DNA of 63,534 nucleotides, filler included, from Asterionella formosa (GCA_002256025.1; 16 parts of 16 records of this genome joined end to end with filler, not necessarily neighbours in it), one strand, 5' to 3'; counted from the whole stretch's first letter, positions 24,099 through 38,089 are shown. The notes: a model not told the origin generated them from the sequence alone. Made by a program: numbers and translations.

Positions 24099-26002
24099 TG
24101 TCAAAAGTTTAGTCTTTTACAAATTTAGGCATTTACATGAAGCATCATACTGGAGGGATCCTGTCACATGCTGCATCATCTCGATGGATCAATGGATTAT
24201 CTGTGATGTTGCATGTACATACCGGTATTAATATATGTATGATTTATCTAAACCGGTACCTGGTACCTACTAGCAGAGGAACATTGCAGCACACCTCTGA
24301 TAAAGTCATTCAATGGTGAACATCAACAGTACCGGTGGTATGTTGGAAGATACACATGTCCAACACGTATGTATGAGCCAGTACTTTGATATACGGATTT
24401 ATGACAGACAGCGTACTACTGCTACCTGCAGCTTGCTAACCCAGCAAGGAATGTAATGAATTTACAGAGCACAAATTAGTAGAATTGAACAATTGGTAAC
24501 TGTATTTCTATGTGTCCGGTGGCATATGCTTTCGTCGTGATATGTTCAGCGCTTGTTTATATTTTGCTTCCTAGTTTATCAAACCTTACCGCTCCTTTGC
24601 CTTGGACCCAACATATTTCTGTGAAGGGCTCTGCCATCCTACAGAAGCAAGTGCTGCTGCATACAAATCGTCAACATGTTGAAACGTTGCGCACCATAAG
24701 TTTGCTGTTGAAGGCAATACAAAGTGATGATAATTTTTGCAATTCAAGGTTGTCCCTGCATTGGATGCTGGTGGTACTAAAACGTCATGTTCTAATCCAA
24801 GGTCATAAGTTCCAATACTACATGGTGTCGATGTTTTGCAAATCAAGGTCAATCCACATACAATATCAAAGCATTGCATATTGCTTAAATAAAAAAGTAG
24901 TTTTTAAAAATAATCATACAGTAATGTAAACTTTAAAAATTTTCCCAAACCTTTTGGCTGTTTCTGTAATGCATATTGATCATATAAAACGTCATTTTTG
25001 TTTCATATGATGACACAGTGATGTAACTTTCAAATTTTTCAACATGTCTGGCTGGCATATATGTTGTCGCTCGAAATATTCTGCAGCAATGAGTGTGCAC
25101 AGCATATATACTGGGATATCAATGAGCTGACGCTGTTTATTGACATCACAAGTATAATCCCTCCAATCTATTTCATGCCATATCATTTACAATGATGTGT
25201 GACAGCCATTTTCTCACTGTCTTACTCATTTCCAGTTGAACAGCAGGGAATGCACACAATCATACTAGATAAGGTGGTAACTTGTAGGTACTATCACTTT
25301 CTTGGGCTTAGCAAAAAAAATTCGCCTGAGCGCTATTTCTCACCTATCATTGTGATTCTGTTCATTTCAGAAGTGCTTCAGGAACACCATCTCTGTCTCA
25401 GTGCTCCTTTCGATGTAATTGAAGGCTTGGTGAATTGTTGAGTAATTCGAAAGTCGGTCCGGTTGATTCATGCAAAATTATGTAAGTATAGTACAAATTG
25501 GTTAAGGTTTTGTTGTTGCACTGTTTTGCATGCTATTCTGACCATTCTCTTGCTTCTGTCATTGAAGTGCTTCACTGTCAATATCTTTCTCAGCGCTCCA
25601 AACTGCTGTAACTGGTAAAGGATTGGAGAATTGCTCACGATGATGGCAACAACGTTGGGGCGCAAGAACCAACAGATGATTCAAACATCATCATGTTCAG
25701 AAATTCTAAACTGTTTTGTTTCTTGTTAAAATAACAAAATAAATTTTAACAGTTGTAAAAGCATATAATATAATAGATATTAGTTTGCTATTAACAAAAC
25801 ACACAATATTTTCAAAGCATCCAAATGTAAACAGAAGAAACTAAGCTAGTACTATCACAGCAATCCTACTAGCACCACTGGGACTAAGCACCCTCGCTCT
25901 TGAACCATTGAAGGCGATGTATATTTACAGCTACACCATCAAATGAGTCCGTTTCAGCCGCGCGCCACTGCAGCTACATACTACTATACAACATGCTACA
26001 AG

Positions 26003-26327
26003 CAGATGAAAGAACCACAAGAATAGACAAGAAACGCATGGAGATACTAGACGAAATGACCAAACTCCACCATTCTTGGGTAAAGCTTTTGACAATGTCC
26101 ACGCTTCCAAATCAGATCCAAACATACCGTTTCCATCCCACTGCACCTACACATAGATTCTGAACAATAAACAGATTAAAGAACCACAAGAATTGACAAG
26201 AAACTCATGGAGATACTCCAAATCTACCCAACAGCATCATTAAATTCGTGAGTAGTAAGGCAAGACTTTGACGATGTCCACACATCCAAGTAAGATTCAT
26301 ACAGACCGTTTCCATTCCGCTGAACCT
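26003..26327. repeat. Diverged direct repeat, two copies of ~150-170 bp
   Basis: Two shared blocks: AAAGAACCACAAGAAT.GACAAGAAAC.CATGGAGATACT and TTTGAC.ATGTCCAC...ACCGTTTCCAT. Confidence 0.7.
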
Positions 26328-26364
26328 GGTACATACACAGTACATAGTACCTGATGGTACTAGT

Positions 26365-26488
26365 AGTTGGTATTACCGCATACCGGTTACTCTGGTACTG
26401 TCTGTACCAGAACGTACATAAGTATGTTATTACCAGTAGGTATAACCCTTATCTCTAGTTTGCTTACTATTCTAAATCCCCAGTTTCC
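26365..26488 (+). repeat. LTR-like fragment homologous to the Copia LTR at 38669
   Basis: Shares TACCGCATACCGGTTACT..GTACTGTCTGTACCAGAACGTACATAAG..ACCCTTATCTCTAGTT..CTAAATCCCCAGTTTC with 38669-38786. Confidence 0.8.
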
Positions 26489-26566
26489 TCCATGATGGCA
26501 TTGCCCTTTTCCACGAGGTTGTCCAATACTATCGGGTCTCTCACTCCTACTCCCTCATCAACCTCC

Positions 26567-27850
26567 TTACGGCTTGGGACAATCTTTTCCAGAAAGAGTT
26601 ACCTCCACGTTTCGAATTTTTGATTCGTCCAGAACCTTTATTCTTAATACTAGGCTATGGGTGCATTGTCTTTGGAAAGGTTGAAATAACTCCACGGTCA
26701 AATGCAAAAGCACATGCATGTTTACACCACGCGTTTGCAAAATACGTGTGACAATGGCAAGATATGAGGCCTTCATTTCCCCTTGCTTCAAGCTATTGAG
26801 AATCGTAATGGGTCCCAATCCACATGCTCCCAAAATTCCTAAAAATTTATTTAGAGCAACATCATCGTTTTCCCTCTTGGAAACAATAGGTTCAATAAGG
26901 TCAAACCTGCGGGTGAGGGAAAGGACATCATCAAATGTGTGGTTCTTAGCAGAATACTATTCAGGATTTCGGAGAAGGCGCTTGTATTCATCATGCATTC
27001 TGTTCTTCTTTATCAATTGCATAACAGTTAGTGCAGTAACTGATTCTGTGTTACCAATATAAAGATATCTCTTTCGAGATTGGGATAGTTGACTGTGCTG
27101 TGACAATGCAGTTGCAGTATTCTGGGACTGCATTGTTTGCATGGAGGACATAATATTTAGGTCCACAAGTGACGATGTCACAATCAACAATGAACCCTCT
27201 CCGATTCCAATTGCATCACACTTGAAATCAAATATCACTGTGAGAAATGTAGCTTCTCCATTTTGTCTTTTCTCAAGAAGCTTATAACTAGACTTGTATA
27301 AATTGATCGAGTGTACCGATGAGTGTAAAGTGGAGCAAAATGATAGATTCCCTTTGGAATGATCCTCTAACATGTAAGACATGTTATGAATGAAGTTAGC
27401 CGTTAAAGGCTTCCTGTTGTCAAAGAATAATTTATCACCACTGTTGATGCCCTCTGAATTGTTGGTGTGTGCAGGCAAACCACCACTAAGTAGATTGGAA
27501 CTGTTCAATTCAATTCTGGTGTGAATGATGGGACCCCATTGTTTCAACCATGCAGTTGCAACTTTCTTTCCCTTGTATGTGTTGATCCACTTGAAAATCA
27601 TCAAATCGCGAAGGATTGGAACTAGCTGTATCCAGGGACTTCTTTTATATGCCTCAAAGTCTTCGCCCATTCTCTTCTTGTTTTTGTTGTATTTCTTGAA
27701 CTTTCCTCTATGCTTCTTTACCCATGCATTCCAGGCATGATAAGAGCACATACCAAATGTAAATTCGGTATTTGGCTAAATCTTCTTCACAGCCTTGCGA
27801 CAAGCTAAGCAAAGTAGATTCAGTCATCGTCTGTATGATAAAGTCTGGTG
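26567..27850 (-). pseudogene. Degenerate MULE (Mutator-like) transposase with SWIM zinc finger
   Basis: CSYH motif and HTNNSEGINS in ORF 26957-27751. After a frameshift, SCHCHTYFANAWCKHAC (SWIM CxC..CxH) near 26715-26765. Stops and frameshifts present. Confidence 0.75.
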
Positions 27851-28969
27851 AGTCGCTCCGGTTCCCAGCACCAAGTAGTGTCGCCATGGGGAGGAGGAAA
27901 TTGTCAGTGCGTGCTGGAGTATTGCCTGCAGGTGATAATGGCAGGATGGAAAAGTTAATAAGATCTACCCCTTTTTCCCAGAAAAGGAAACACTATCATC
28001 TGACGAACTATCTCCTGAACTCTGCAAGATGCTATCATCCTCCCCAGATGAGGAGGAGGAATTGCGAGATGAGTTGTAAGAACTAGACATTTCGTATTTG
28101 TGGAGCAACTTTTGAAAGGAAGTAAGAATGCATGGAACCATATGACAATTCCAAGTGTATAATGCCGAAATGCATGATGTGGACTTTTATTGCCAAGTAG
28201 CTAGTAATGACAGACCTACAGGATTACATGTGAATTCCAACTGCTGGTACAGCACATGTATATAGTAATGTATATTATATACCGGTATGCTTGGCATACA
28301 TACTACTGGGTATGTACTACCAGTACTTACATGTGTGTTTGTACAACTGCCTGTGATATGAGGTCGATGAGACAGCAACTGCATCTTGACCATGACGAAA
28401 TTATGGAGTTGAATATCTTCACGAATATTGACAATGAACAATTCCTATTTCGCAGGTGTATGTAGACTAACATAGACGAGATTACCGTTTAATTATAAAA
28501 AATGTTGCACTAGTATTGACAACAAAAAGTTAAAGTCGGCGCTGAAAGTTGGTTTTGGTCGTCATTTGCTCAGTTTTGAAGATCTGACCAAAGTAGCGAC
28601 AGTGTTGAGTCCGCGGTGATTAGTTACATAACTTTGACTAGACGAGGTTTCCTATGTTTTGTAGAAATTGATGAGAAAACCTGAGCGACAGTATTCTCGG
28701 AGAGGGAACAACATTTCAAGATGCAAAAATTCCTCGACGTCAATTTTGTAGTGACTTTCATGTAAGCACTAATTGTTATGGTTCATATTTCTATGGAATC
28801 TGGATAAGGTATTTTGTCAGCTTAATAAAGACATACTTTCAGCCATTCGACAATAGACTGCTTGTTCTTTATGCGAATAAAAAGTTCGCATCGCGGAAAT
28901 GATCACGAACTCTCCTGACTGATGGTTCATGCATCTTCCAACACTTTTATGCAAAAAATGTATTCTTTT

Positions 28970-29345
28970 GAAACCGGAGTTAGGCCAAGAAGTGGAGAGT
29001 AACCGGAGCTTGCCGGTTTCATATGGAATGGTTCTGATGCACTACTTCCGATGAATCAGACCATTGAACATACCAACAAGGCATGTTTATATTACATCAA
29101 ATCAACATTTGGTGGCATGTGCATTAAAAAGTTGAGAGAATGTCAGAATGTTTTGAATAATCAATTTAAAGGAATCTTAGGTATTTTTTTGCAGGGTGGG
29201 AGATGCTCTGAAAGCATGATGTTTTGAGTCGGTGATAATATTCTAATCAAATATGTTTCAATTTAAAAATGCTATCATAATTCATGACACATCAGCTGGT
29301 CTAGCAGAATATAGCTAACTTCCAGACTATGGATATTGATGATGA
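28970..29345 (+). repeat. Diverged duplicate of 30614-30987
   Basis: Colinear similarity from GAAACCGGAGTTAGGC through TTCATATGGAATGGTTCTGATGCACTACTTCCGATGAATCAGACCATT to CTTCCAGACTATGGATATTGATGA. Confidence 0.9.
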
Positions 29346-29346
29346 T

Positions 29347-29590
29347 AAAATTGAAAAAGAATAGTCGGAGTAGTAAGTGAGAAATAGAACAAGCAACATA
29401 TGTTCATGACTGTTGCTACTGCAGCAAGACAGTAAATCATCATAGTTTTAGGATTGTACGATCTCAAAATTGAAAGAGAGTAGTCGGAGTAGTAAGCGAG
29501 CAACAGAACACCATATGCTAATGACTGCTGCTACTGCAGCAGAACAGTAAATCATCACATTTTTAGGATTGAATAATCGTATAATTGAAA
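29347..29590. repeat. Tandem duplication, ~120-bp unit x2
   Basis: AAAATTGAAA..TAGTCGGAGTAGTAAG..ATGACTG.TGCTACTGCAGCA..CAGTAAATCATCA..TTTTAGGATTG occurs twice. Confidence 0.8.
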
Positions 29591-29803
29591 ACAAGATATG
29601 CTATTACTCAAACTCGGATTTGATTTTGTATATGATAATGTGAATAGTACTGTTGGTTTTATGGTGGTATCATATCTAGACAGCGTAAAATATTATATGT
29701 AGTGGCTGATGGTTCATTTCATTCTAGCTTGCAACACCTGATTTTAAGATCATCGAACATTAGTAAGCAAGACAACGACAACAGTTATCTAGTAGTACAA
29801 GCA

Positions 29804-31330
29804 ATGTCTTCAAAAAACCTTAAAGAGGTTCATGGAAACAAGCGACATGTAGCAAATACTGCCGGTATGGAACAATGAAGCAAGTACCAAAATGAGTTAA
29901 CAAAGAAAAAGCGAATAGGGGACTATCCAAAGGAACCCAATTGGCGACAGGGAGTTAGTGGGGGTACTAACCCATTGTCGATGGGGACACCATCAGCTAC
30001 TAGTACAAAGGATCCCGTAATTGATACTGAAAGCGATGATGAGCAACGTTTCTTTTTCAGTTGTTGATACAAGAAAAATGGCTCCTGTTGATGATACCAT
30101 TAATAACTCCCGGATGCAGATGGACGACATGGTACCATATCATAAATTTTCTAATCGCACGGACCAACAAGTCCATGACAAACTGAGGGAAAAACATTTG
30201 CACTTGCCAAAGGATATTATCAATTGGTCAATGAACTCAATCACTACAAAGGTCGTAATTCGGTTCAAAACTCGTCTATACGAGGTTATCAAGAATCTTC
30301 AATTTCAGCAGCCTTATAAGAACGTCGTTCTCGCTTAGCTCAAATTGAACCGATCCATCAATTGTCACAAAGGTTGGTGTGACTTTTATTTTCAAGACCA
30401 AGAAGTTTTGCTGTGAACATGTAAGTTTGAGGTTATAATTCGCGGATTGCAGGTACTGTTAAACAGAATATCAATCTAATGTGCTTTTTCCTGGTCCCAA
30501 AAGAGAATCAAACATCCCGCCCTATCTGGTCCAAGTAGTATGAAAGGCATTTCCAATCACAAACAGGATTGGTTTGCCCAATGTTGCCTAGTAACTCGGC
30601 TATACACGACAGTGAAACCGGAGTTAGGCAAAGAATTGGAGAGTGACCCAGAGCTTGCCGATTTCATATGGAATGGTTCTGATGCACTACTTCCGATGAA
30701 TCAGACCATTAAATGTACCAACAAGGCACTTTTAGGTTATATTAAATCAATATTTGGTGGCATTTGCATTAAAAAGTTGAGAGAAGGTCAGAATGTATTG
30801 AATAATTAATTTAAAGGAAACTTAGGTAAGTTCTTGCAGGGCGGGAGAATGCTCTGAAAGCATGATGTTCTGAGTCGGTGATTATATTCTTATCATATAT
30901 GTTTCAATTTAAAAATGCTAACATTATTCATGACACACCAGCTGGTGGTCTAACAGAATTTAACTTCCAGACTATGGATATTGATGACTTTATTAGGTGG
31001 GCGTTCACGCTTTATCGTTTTGCGCAGTCAAAGGAAATTGACAGGGGAAGCCTAGGATACCAAGTCTGGCGTGATGTTCTTGCTCCAGTGTATTTTATAG
31101 GCAGGACAAGCCGTGGAGAACCATTTCTAACAGAAGATAAATCTGGTGTGTCTCACTGATCAATGGACTGATGATATTGATTTACTCGGTTTTTATAAGG
31201 AAATCTACACTGGACTTTTGCAAAAGAATCGATCTGAATATGGAAGGAATCCTAGTGGAATTGCTACTTTCACAACAAATATATCATCTCCCCACAGACA
31301 TACTATTCATTATCCAACAACGTAAGTGAA
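29804..31330 (+). pseudogene. Fragmented ORF of unknown function, probably a transposon accessory gene
   Basis: Consecutive same-strand ORF pieces (30021, 30540, 30878) broken by stops and frameshifts, just upstream of the Plavaka-like transposase. Confidence 0.45.
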
Positions 31331-31740
31331 AAGGATATGCATCAATATGTTGAACCACTTCAACAAAATGTTCCTGAGAAGAATATTGCTTACAATGAAC
31401 GCAACAAGACATTGATGACGACGTTGATTTTGAATGGATCTAATAGAATCCAATGCATGCTTAGTAGTTACATAATAAATTTAGTTCGTGTGAGACTTCT
31501 ACAATGCAAACCATATCATAGATGTTAGGAAAGAATTGATGCGGCTCTATACTACTAGGAGTGCCGCCTGTACTTTATGTAGCGGTATACCTCCATTTTT
31601 ACTACTATGGTGGAGTGATAATTTCACGTCTCTGCATTGTCCAGCACAGCATGATCGGAGTGATGCTAAATTTATTATTAATAATTCATTTTCATTCTAT
31701 CCTTTTCACATCCTGTCTTTATCATCATTTGTAATTCGCA

Positions 31741-34737
31741 ATGTCTTTGCGGACATTGCAATGGTGCTATCTGTGTAACTACAAATTTCGGAAGAACAAA
31801 TCCCCATCTGAGTCTCATAATCGAAATTGTAGCAACCGTGTATTCTATGCATATGGTCACTGTCGACATTTCATGCAGGAACATCGAGTTCCTGGAATAC
31901 ATAATGAAACTATGTATTGCGGTAGTGCATCGAATCATTCAAGGAAAGAAGTTAACGGCAGTGTAACTGCTGCAGCATATAGGAAGAGCAGACAACAAGA
32001 AGAGATTATGTGTCCTTTCCTTGAATCAAGTGGCCACAATCATCCATTTCATGATGACAGCGACGATTCAGTTTATAACAATATTCAGTCACAACAAGAT
32101 GGACAATTGAGACTAAAAACTCTCCAAGGATTGAATTCAGAGACCATGCAATATTCAGATTTCCAAGATCAGCAGTTTTCAGTGATGGTTCACCTATTGA
32201 TAAACAAATGAAACACTCCGAGCATCCGTCTTTGTTGACAATGTTAAACTTAACGTTTGAAGGAAGGAAAAAAGTTGATGGATGGCTGGCAATTTGTATG
32301 ATCTCATTTGCCAGACATTGAAGTCAGTGATCTGGAGAAACAAATGAATAATAAGTTATCTGGTGACGACTTGTCCTTATTTCGACTCAAAATATACCAT
32401 TCTGTTACAGGATTTCTACTGTCGCCTTTCGGAGATTCGAACAAGTCATACGACATTTGGTTTCATGGTCTTGGTAAGACAAAAGTTTATTTCCAGATTG
32501 AAATGATCATTGGTGATACAGAAGAGCAAAACAAAATTTGTGGTTTCAGGGGTGGTAATGGACTATATAGACGATATGTTTGTCGTGATTGCCTGATTTC
32601 AACTGAAGATGCTGATAATCCCGATATTGGATATGAACGTCAGAAAGTGTCAGATGTTGAAAAGGTTTTAAACGAATTTCTTGACAAAAATACAAATCCC
32701 GATGGAAAATTACCATATATCCCACCTGAGTATTGTGTCTCCCAATCTAATAGCAAATACGCAACAGCAAACGAGTGGTGCCGTGTTATATCGCATAATC
32801 CTATTATGCCTGCACTAATACATCAGTTTTTTGGTGGTGACTTAGAAGGATTATTTGGTGCAAATCCATTGGAGGTTCTTCATCAATTACTACTTGAAAT
32901 ATTCAAGTACATTTTGGAATCATTGTACAATTATCGGACTATCCCTGAAGAATGGACATGCTTTTTTAAAGAAAGAAAATCTCCAGATATTCCAGAGAAT
33001 ATCTCTGATCAGAAACGTATCACTGAAACAACAGACTCTGCTTTTCTTGATCAAGAGCAACCGAAGAAACGGGCAAAAACCAAAAAGGACACACGCACCA
33101 GTTCCAAAAATATCCACACTGGCAAAAATCAAGACCCAACACTTGTACCAGAACCAGAAATGTATTTTCGAAACCATAATTCGAAAAAAGTGCTAGATAT
33201 ACCAATAGTCATTTGGAAAGGCAAAGCGATGTCATACAGATCTGGGAGGACAGCTTTGTCAAAAATGTCAGGGCAAGAAATTCCCGGATTATGTCTGTTA
33301 ACTATTTTTTCAATGGGTGGAATGATGGCGGGTTCAGAGAACATGCACCTAGAGAATGAGATCACATTGCTGTTATGGTTATGTTTATCTATCAATGACA
33401 CTTTATTCAAACCGCAGTATACATCAATATGTATTGCTATTATAGAGGAAAGGGTTATGAGATTTATGGCCATTGTTACTAAGATTATGATTGGTCCCCA
33501 ATGGGAAATGATATCTCAAATTGGCTTACGAATGGCAAAATTTCATGGAATGAAACATTACCCTCATCTGATTAGGAAGTTCGCTCGGATCTCTTCTTAA
33601 TTTCTTAGGTGGATATTTGGAGTCTTTATTTGAATGACAAGTTGAAGCGACCCAGAAAGCATGTCAATGGACAGACATTTACATCGATTAAAGCATGACA
33701 TTTTGACATGGTCATATGAAACAAGGCAGTTTTCCTTGGCATGCAAAACTTTTTTTGCAAGTGATTCATTACATACTGAAAAGAAACAGAAGAAGATGAG
33801 TAAAGTAGTACATATGAATGTAACTGAGGGTATTTCAACAGAAATTGATTTCGAGGGAATGATTCAGAATACAAGGATGTTGCCTAGTTTGTCGCCTGAT
33901 AATTTGGGAATATCGCCTTCGAAGATCCATTCACCATCCCTTCCTGTTAAAGTTCAATTCTCTGTTTCATCATCAAATGGTCTATGGACTATAGCAGGTG
34001 TCAGCAGGTGTCCCTAATAAGATTGGGCATGTATCACGGAGTAAGGATGCACCCTTGCTTGTCTCAATTGGTTCATCCTGATTTACCGAAGAAGGGGGCC
34101 AACTATGTAAAGAGCATTGCGAATTCAGTAATAGAAATAGCAAGTATAAAAAGTCTTGAAGATGGGGTTGGGCATGGCTGAGCTACTTCCATTGTAAGGA
34201 TTGACTTTTATTATCATGTCAAAATTGAAAGTAACGTTCCCGGCCAAACTACTATTCTCAGATGCCATCCGAAATGGAATAATGATTCAAATGCAGCAAT
34301 CTCTGGTGGTGAATGGTTTGACTGGGTTGAAGTGAACTGGGAGAAAGGAGATGGATCAAGTTCCTACACAGTTCCTGCAAAACTACTTCTTTGGGGAAAT
34401 GTTATTTTCTCCAACACAACAACCATTCTCTTAGCGTGTATTCGTTCCTTGATAAGTTCAACTGAAATCAAAATTCATTAACGTATGTTTTTTGCAAGAG
34501 GAGTAACCTTATGCAATGATACAACTGAATTGAGCGTTGTTGAATTTCATAACATACTTTCGGCAGCATTTTGTTTTTTCCTGCTTTGAAGCCACAGAAA
34601 TCAAGCCAAGGAAATCTCTGAAACCGCAAGAAGTTTTGGAACAGATATGGAAAGATAATTTTTATGTTGCCATGCATACCTCCACATCATTTATGGAAAT
34701 CAATCGGATGGGACCAAAAAAAACAAGCGAATGTTGA
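31741..34737 (+). mobile_element. Degenerate Plavaka/CACTA-related transposase
   Basis: N-terminal C/H-rich segment; IIGDTEEQNKICG..YVCRDC; PLEVLHQLLLEIFKY; KFHGMKHYPHLIRKF; downstream FRCHPKW..GEWFDWVEVNW (34255-34340). Broken by frameshifts and stops. Confidence 0.7.
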
Positions 34738-34799
34738 TAAATATACAAGAATAATATAAATAATAGTGATAGTATAGTTTCACTTACTAGTTAAGTTAT

Positions 34800-36860
34800 T
34801 ATAAGGTTTTCACAAACTATAATGTCCTGAGGAATGATGAGATTGGATGATCCCAATGGTCCATTATTTGTTCGCTCTTTTTCACTCCCAAAGAACCTAA
34901 GATGGTCCTTCTCGTTTCGTCCGAAAACTTTCTTCTCCACTTTTCAACTGCAGTTCGATATGAGCGATTCTGTAAACTTTTTCAATTTGATTCAAGAAGG
35001 GCTATCATCAGTTGCAAAATATTTTTTCAACTTTTTGTCCATTTTGATGCATCCAGAAATGTGGCCAAGAGGTGCATGATTATACCATTTGAAGGGAGCA
35101 ACTTTTTCATTCATTTGTTGGACAATGGATTTCACTTTGACAGCATCATCCTTCTTGAAAGATGAATTGCAAGAAAGTTGTCCAAATACTTCGTTCAACA
35201 TTTTAAAATCTAAATAGGAGCTCAAAATTTTGTCGATACAAAATTGAAGAACAGTTTTTATTTCCAACTGAAACATATCCTCACGAATGTTTGTCGTTGT
35301 CACTTGAGGCCAAACTGTTCCAAGATGAAAGTATGTTGACTTGGTTGGTGGGTCAGATGTAACAGATAACAAATCGTATGTTCGATCAGTTGCTGTCCTA
35401 CCACCTGACGTTTTAAAACTTTCCAGGACTCCGTCTCCAAAAAGATTTGAGCCCGGTTGCCAAGAAATTTGGTTTTGCCATTCCTTTCTAGTTGCAATTG
35501 AGTTTCCAATACTTTCACAATTGTAAATGGTCCACATGACCATCCACTATCATCTTCTGGTTGAAATGACATGGAATCATGTTCAGTGGCCATTATGATC
35601 TGCAATGGTCCTTCTTTGGTGCCAGTATAGAGCGAAAGATTCCGATAAACCAATTTCTTCAGGTGTATGGTATTCTTGTGGAAGATATCCTGTATCGGTG
35701 CATAACAATTCCAATTGTCTCGTGCATCCAGGGATGATGCAGTACTTACGGGCAAGGTGAAATACTTGATCATAATGTTCATCCAAACTTGCATCTTTTC
35801 CTGGATCACGGACTTGACATAATTCATCATTTATAGCAAAAAGATGATGCACAAAATGGTTGTTTTCCTCCTCATGTGATCTTTTGCAATAAACAATTAG
35901 CACATAGTTACTTTCATGATGAAGAGGATGACAATCACCTTGGTATATATACGGTTTGTCATTACCCTTTTTTGGGTTGCTTCTCATCCAGATCAAATGT
36001 GACCTTTACATCAGTTGGATGAAGTTCATGAATTATATAATGGATCATAGAGGTAATTGTTTCAAGGTCCCAATATGCAAGATCTTTAAAGTCTGAAGAT
36101 GATTTTTTGATACCTTTGACTCCATAAAATACAGAGGCGTAATTGCATATTTCTTGTGGGGTACGTGTGTACAAATCTTTCCACAATTTTAGTTGTCCAT
36201 GAGTTTTATGCAGTTTGCTTTGGCATAATAACTCTACACATTTCATATGCTGACTCTCCGCAAAAGTAGCTGCCTTCTGGATTGTTCTCGATGATTTTAC
36301 AGAGAAATCCTTATCTTTTTCTTCTACATATGATTTGGAAAAAGATTCAATTTTTTCTTCAAACTTCGTTCCCGACTCAGTGCATCAACTGCCTTAGCCA
36401 GTATCACATCTCTCTCTGCATTGATCTTCTTGAATTCGAGGTCTTGATCTAGCTCGGACTTTTTCTTGAATATTTTTTCTTCTTTTAGAAATGAAATTGT
36501 TTCCCTGCTTTCATGATGTTCATCTTGATGTTCTGGACGAATAGTGAGACATATTTCTTGGTTTTGCAACTTTTCAACCATTTCTACTTCAGAAGTGATG
36601 CATGTCTCCCACATTTCCGCCGATATTTTCATTCATCGCATGAATGTGTTCATCAAATGATTGAGAATCACTGAGTTCTTCTTCATTATCAGCGATTTCA
36701 GGAGAATGAGGAGCAAAATACGACACTGGATGGAACTGTGACTCTGTAGGAATAGAGTCTTCATCCGCGAAGAACAACTGTTTGGGTTTCCTCTGCTCCT
36801 CCAAAGCAATCTTTCCTTCTTTTCAATCGCTGCCACTATTGTATCGGCATACTTGCTTCA
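34800..36860 (-). pseudogene. Fragmented ORF (~600+ codons) of unknown function, convergent with the transposase
   Basis: Chain of overlapping minus-strand ORF pieces (36589, 36324, 35962, 35583, 35300, 34992) with an acidic/coiled N-terminus. No family recognised. Confidence 0.5.
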
Positions 36861-37251
36861 TTTTTTTTCTGGAGTATTATTAATCTGTTCAAATTCATTT
36901 GTTATTTGAGTGTATTCAAAGGAGCAAATCTTCGATTGATTTCATAAGTCTCTTCATCTTCTTTTCCGAAAACATTAAGTCGTGTAGTATAAACAATGGA
37001 AGTAAGTCACGTTTCTTGTTTGACTGATCCTTTGCATGAAATCCATGAAATGCCATTTGGAAAGCAAGTTGTCAAAGGGCCAGAAGACTATGATGTAAAA
37101 CAGTGGAAGGGAAATACGGAGCTTTCTGCGACGCTTGTGGAGGTGCAGCTGGTGTGATGGTAACTGAGTGTGGTAATTGTTGCACAGAGCACAGCAGTGT
37201 AATATGCATGTTCCGCCAGCGTAGTGTTTACACAATACACATGCCGGGATC

Positions 37252-38085
37252 AATATAGCTATAACAAGGAAAAACGACATGACAATTAGACAATGAACGT
37301 GATGGCTGGTTGTTGAGGATACCGGTATGTGATGTGCATCAATCCATATCACAAATCATAACATAGTGATGTACATATCAACCCATCCGTATACCTAGAT
37401 CCTATCCACCATATAATACGATCATATTAACTGTTGGCTTTCACTGTATACATTAAAAGTCGAATTTATATATTAAGTAAAATACATTATGATTTTGTTT
37501 GTTTGTGATGTATCGAGAACTCTTGCGTACATATTTTATCGCATTTTATTGTCATTGCATTATTTTAACATGATCATATTTTGATCAAAATTATATCACA
37601 AACATTTTAAGAAATCATCATAGTTCTATGATAAATGTATCATATTTATGTGATATACTTTATTCAATATTACGTATCATACTTTTGTGATGTACCAGCC
37701 AGGGTATGCATCGATGTAACCCTATCGTGATATCACATTATCATCTTATCAATCATGATGAGATGATTGGGAACTGTAGTATTCTGCATTGTATTATAGA
37801 GTATGATATAATAACACGCACTTTAGTAGCTAAGTCACTCCTGTAATGTAAACAAGTCGACAGTGCACATACACACACGCTAATCAGGTTTGAGGCAACG
37901 GACAGTGGTTCCAACGAGCGAATGACGATACCACGGGTACCAATTTTTCCAGGAGCAAACCGCAATGACGAAGGACACTTGTCCCTCTATTGATGAGGAT
38001 GACACGGACACTGAATTTTCCAGGAGCAAACAACCATGAAGAGACCCACTTGTCGCTCTATTGATGGTAACAAAGATGCAGACAT
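37252..38085 (+). repeat. Diverged copy of the dispersed repeat carried by the 1324-bp contigs
   Basis: Colinear with ~46937-47763, e.g. ACAATGAACGTGATGGCTGGTTGTTGAGGATACC, ATCATCTTATCAATCATGATGAGATGATTGGGAA, CGCTAATCAGGTTTGAGGCAACGGACAG. Confidence 0.92.
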
Positions 38086-38089
38086 TCAG

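Noticed and set aside
22894..24231. 445-aa plus-strand ORF and 326-aa alternative minus-frame ORF over Nup62
   Set aside because: Shadow frames of a GC-rich Ala/Gly/Pro repeat with no independent protein features.
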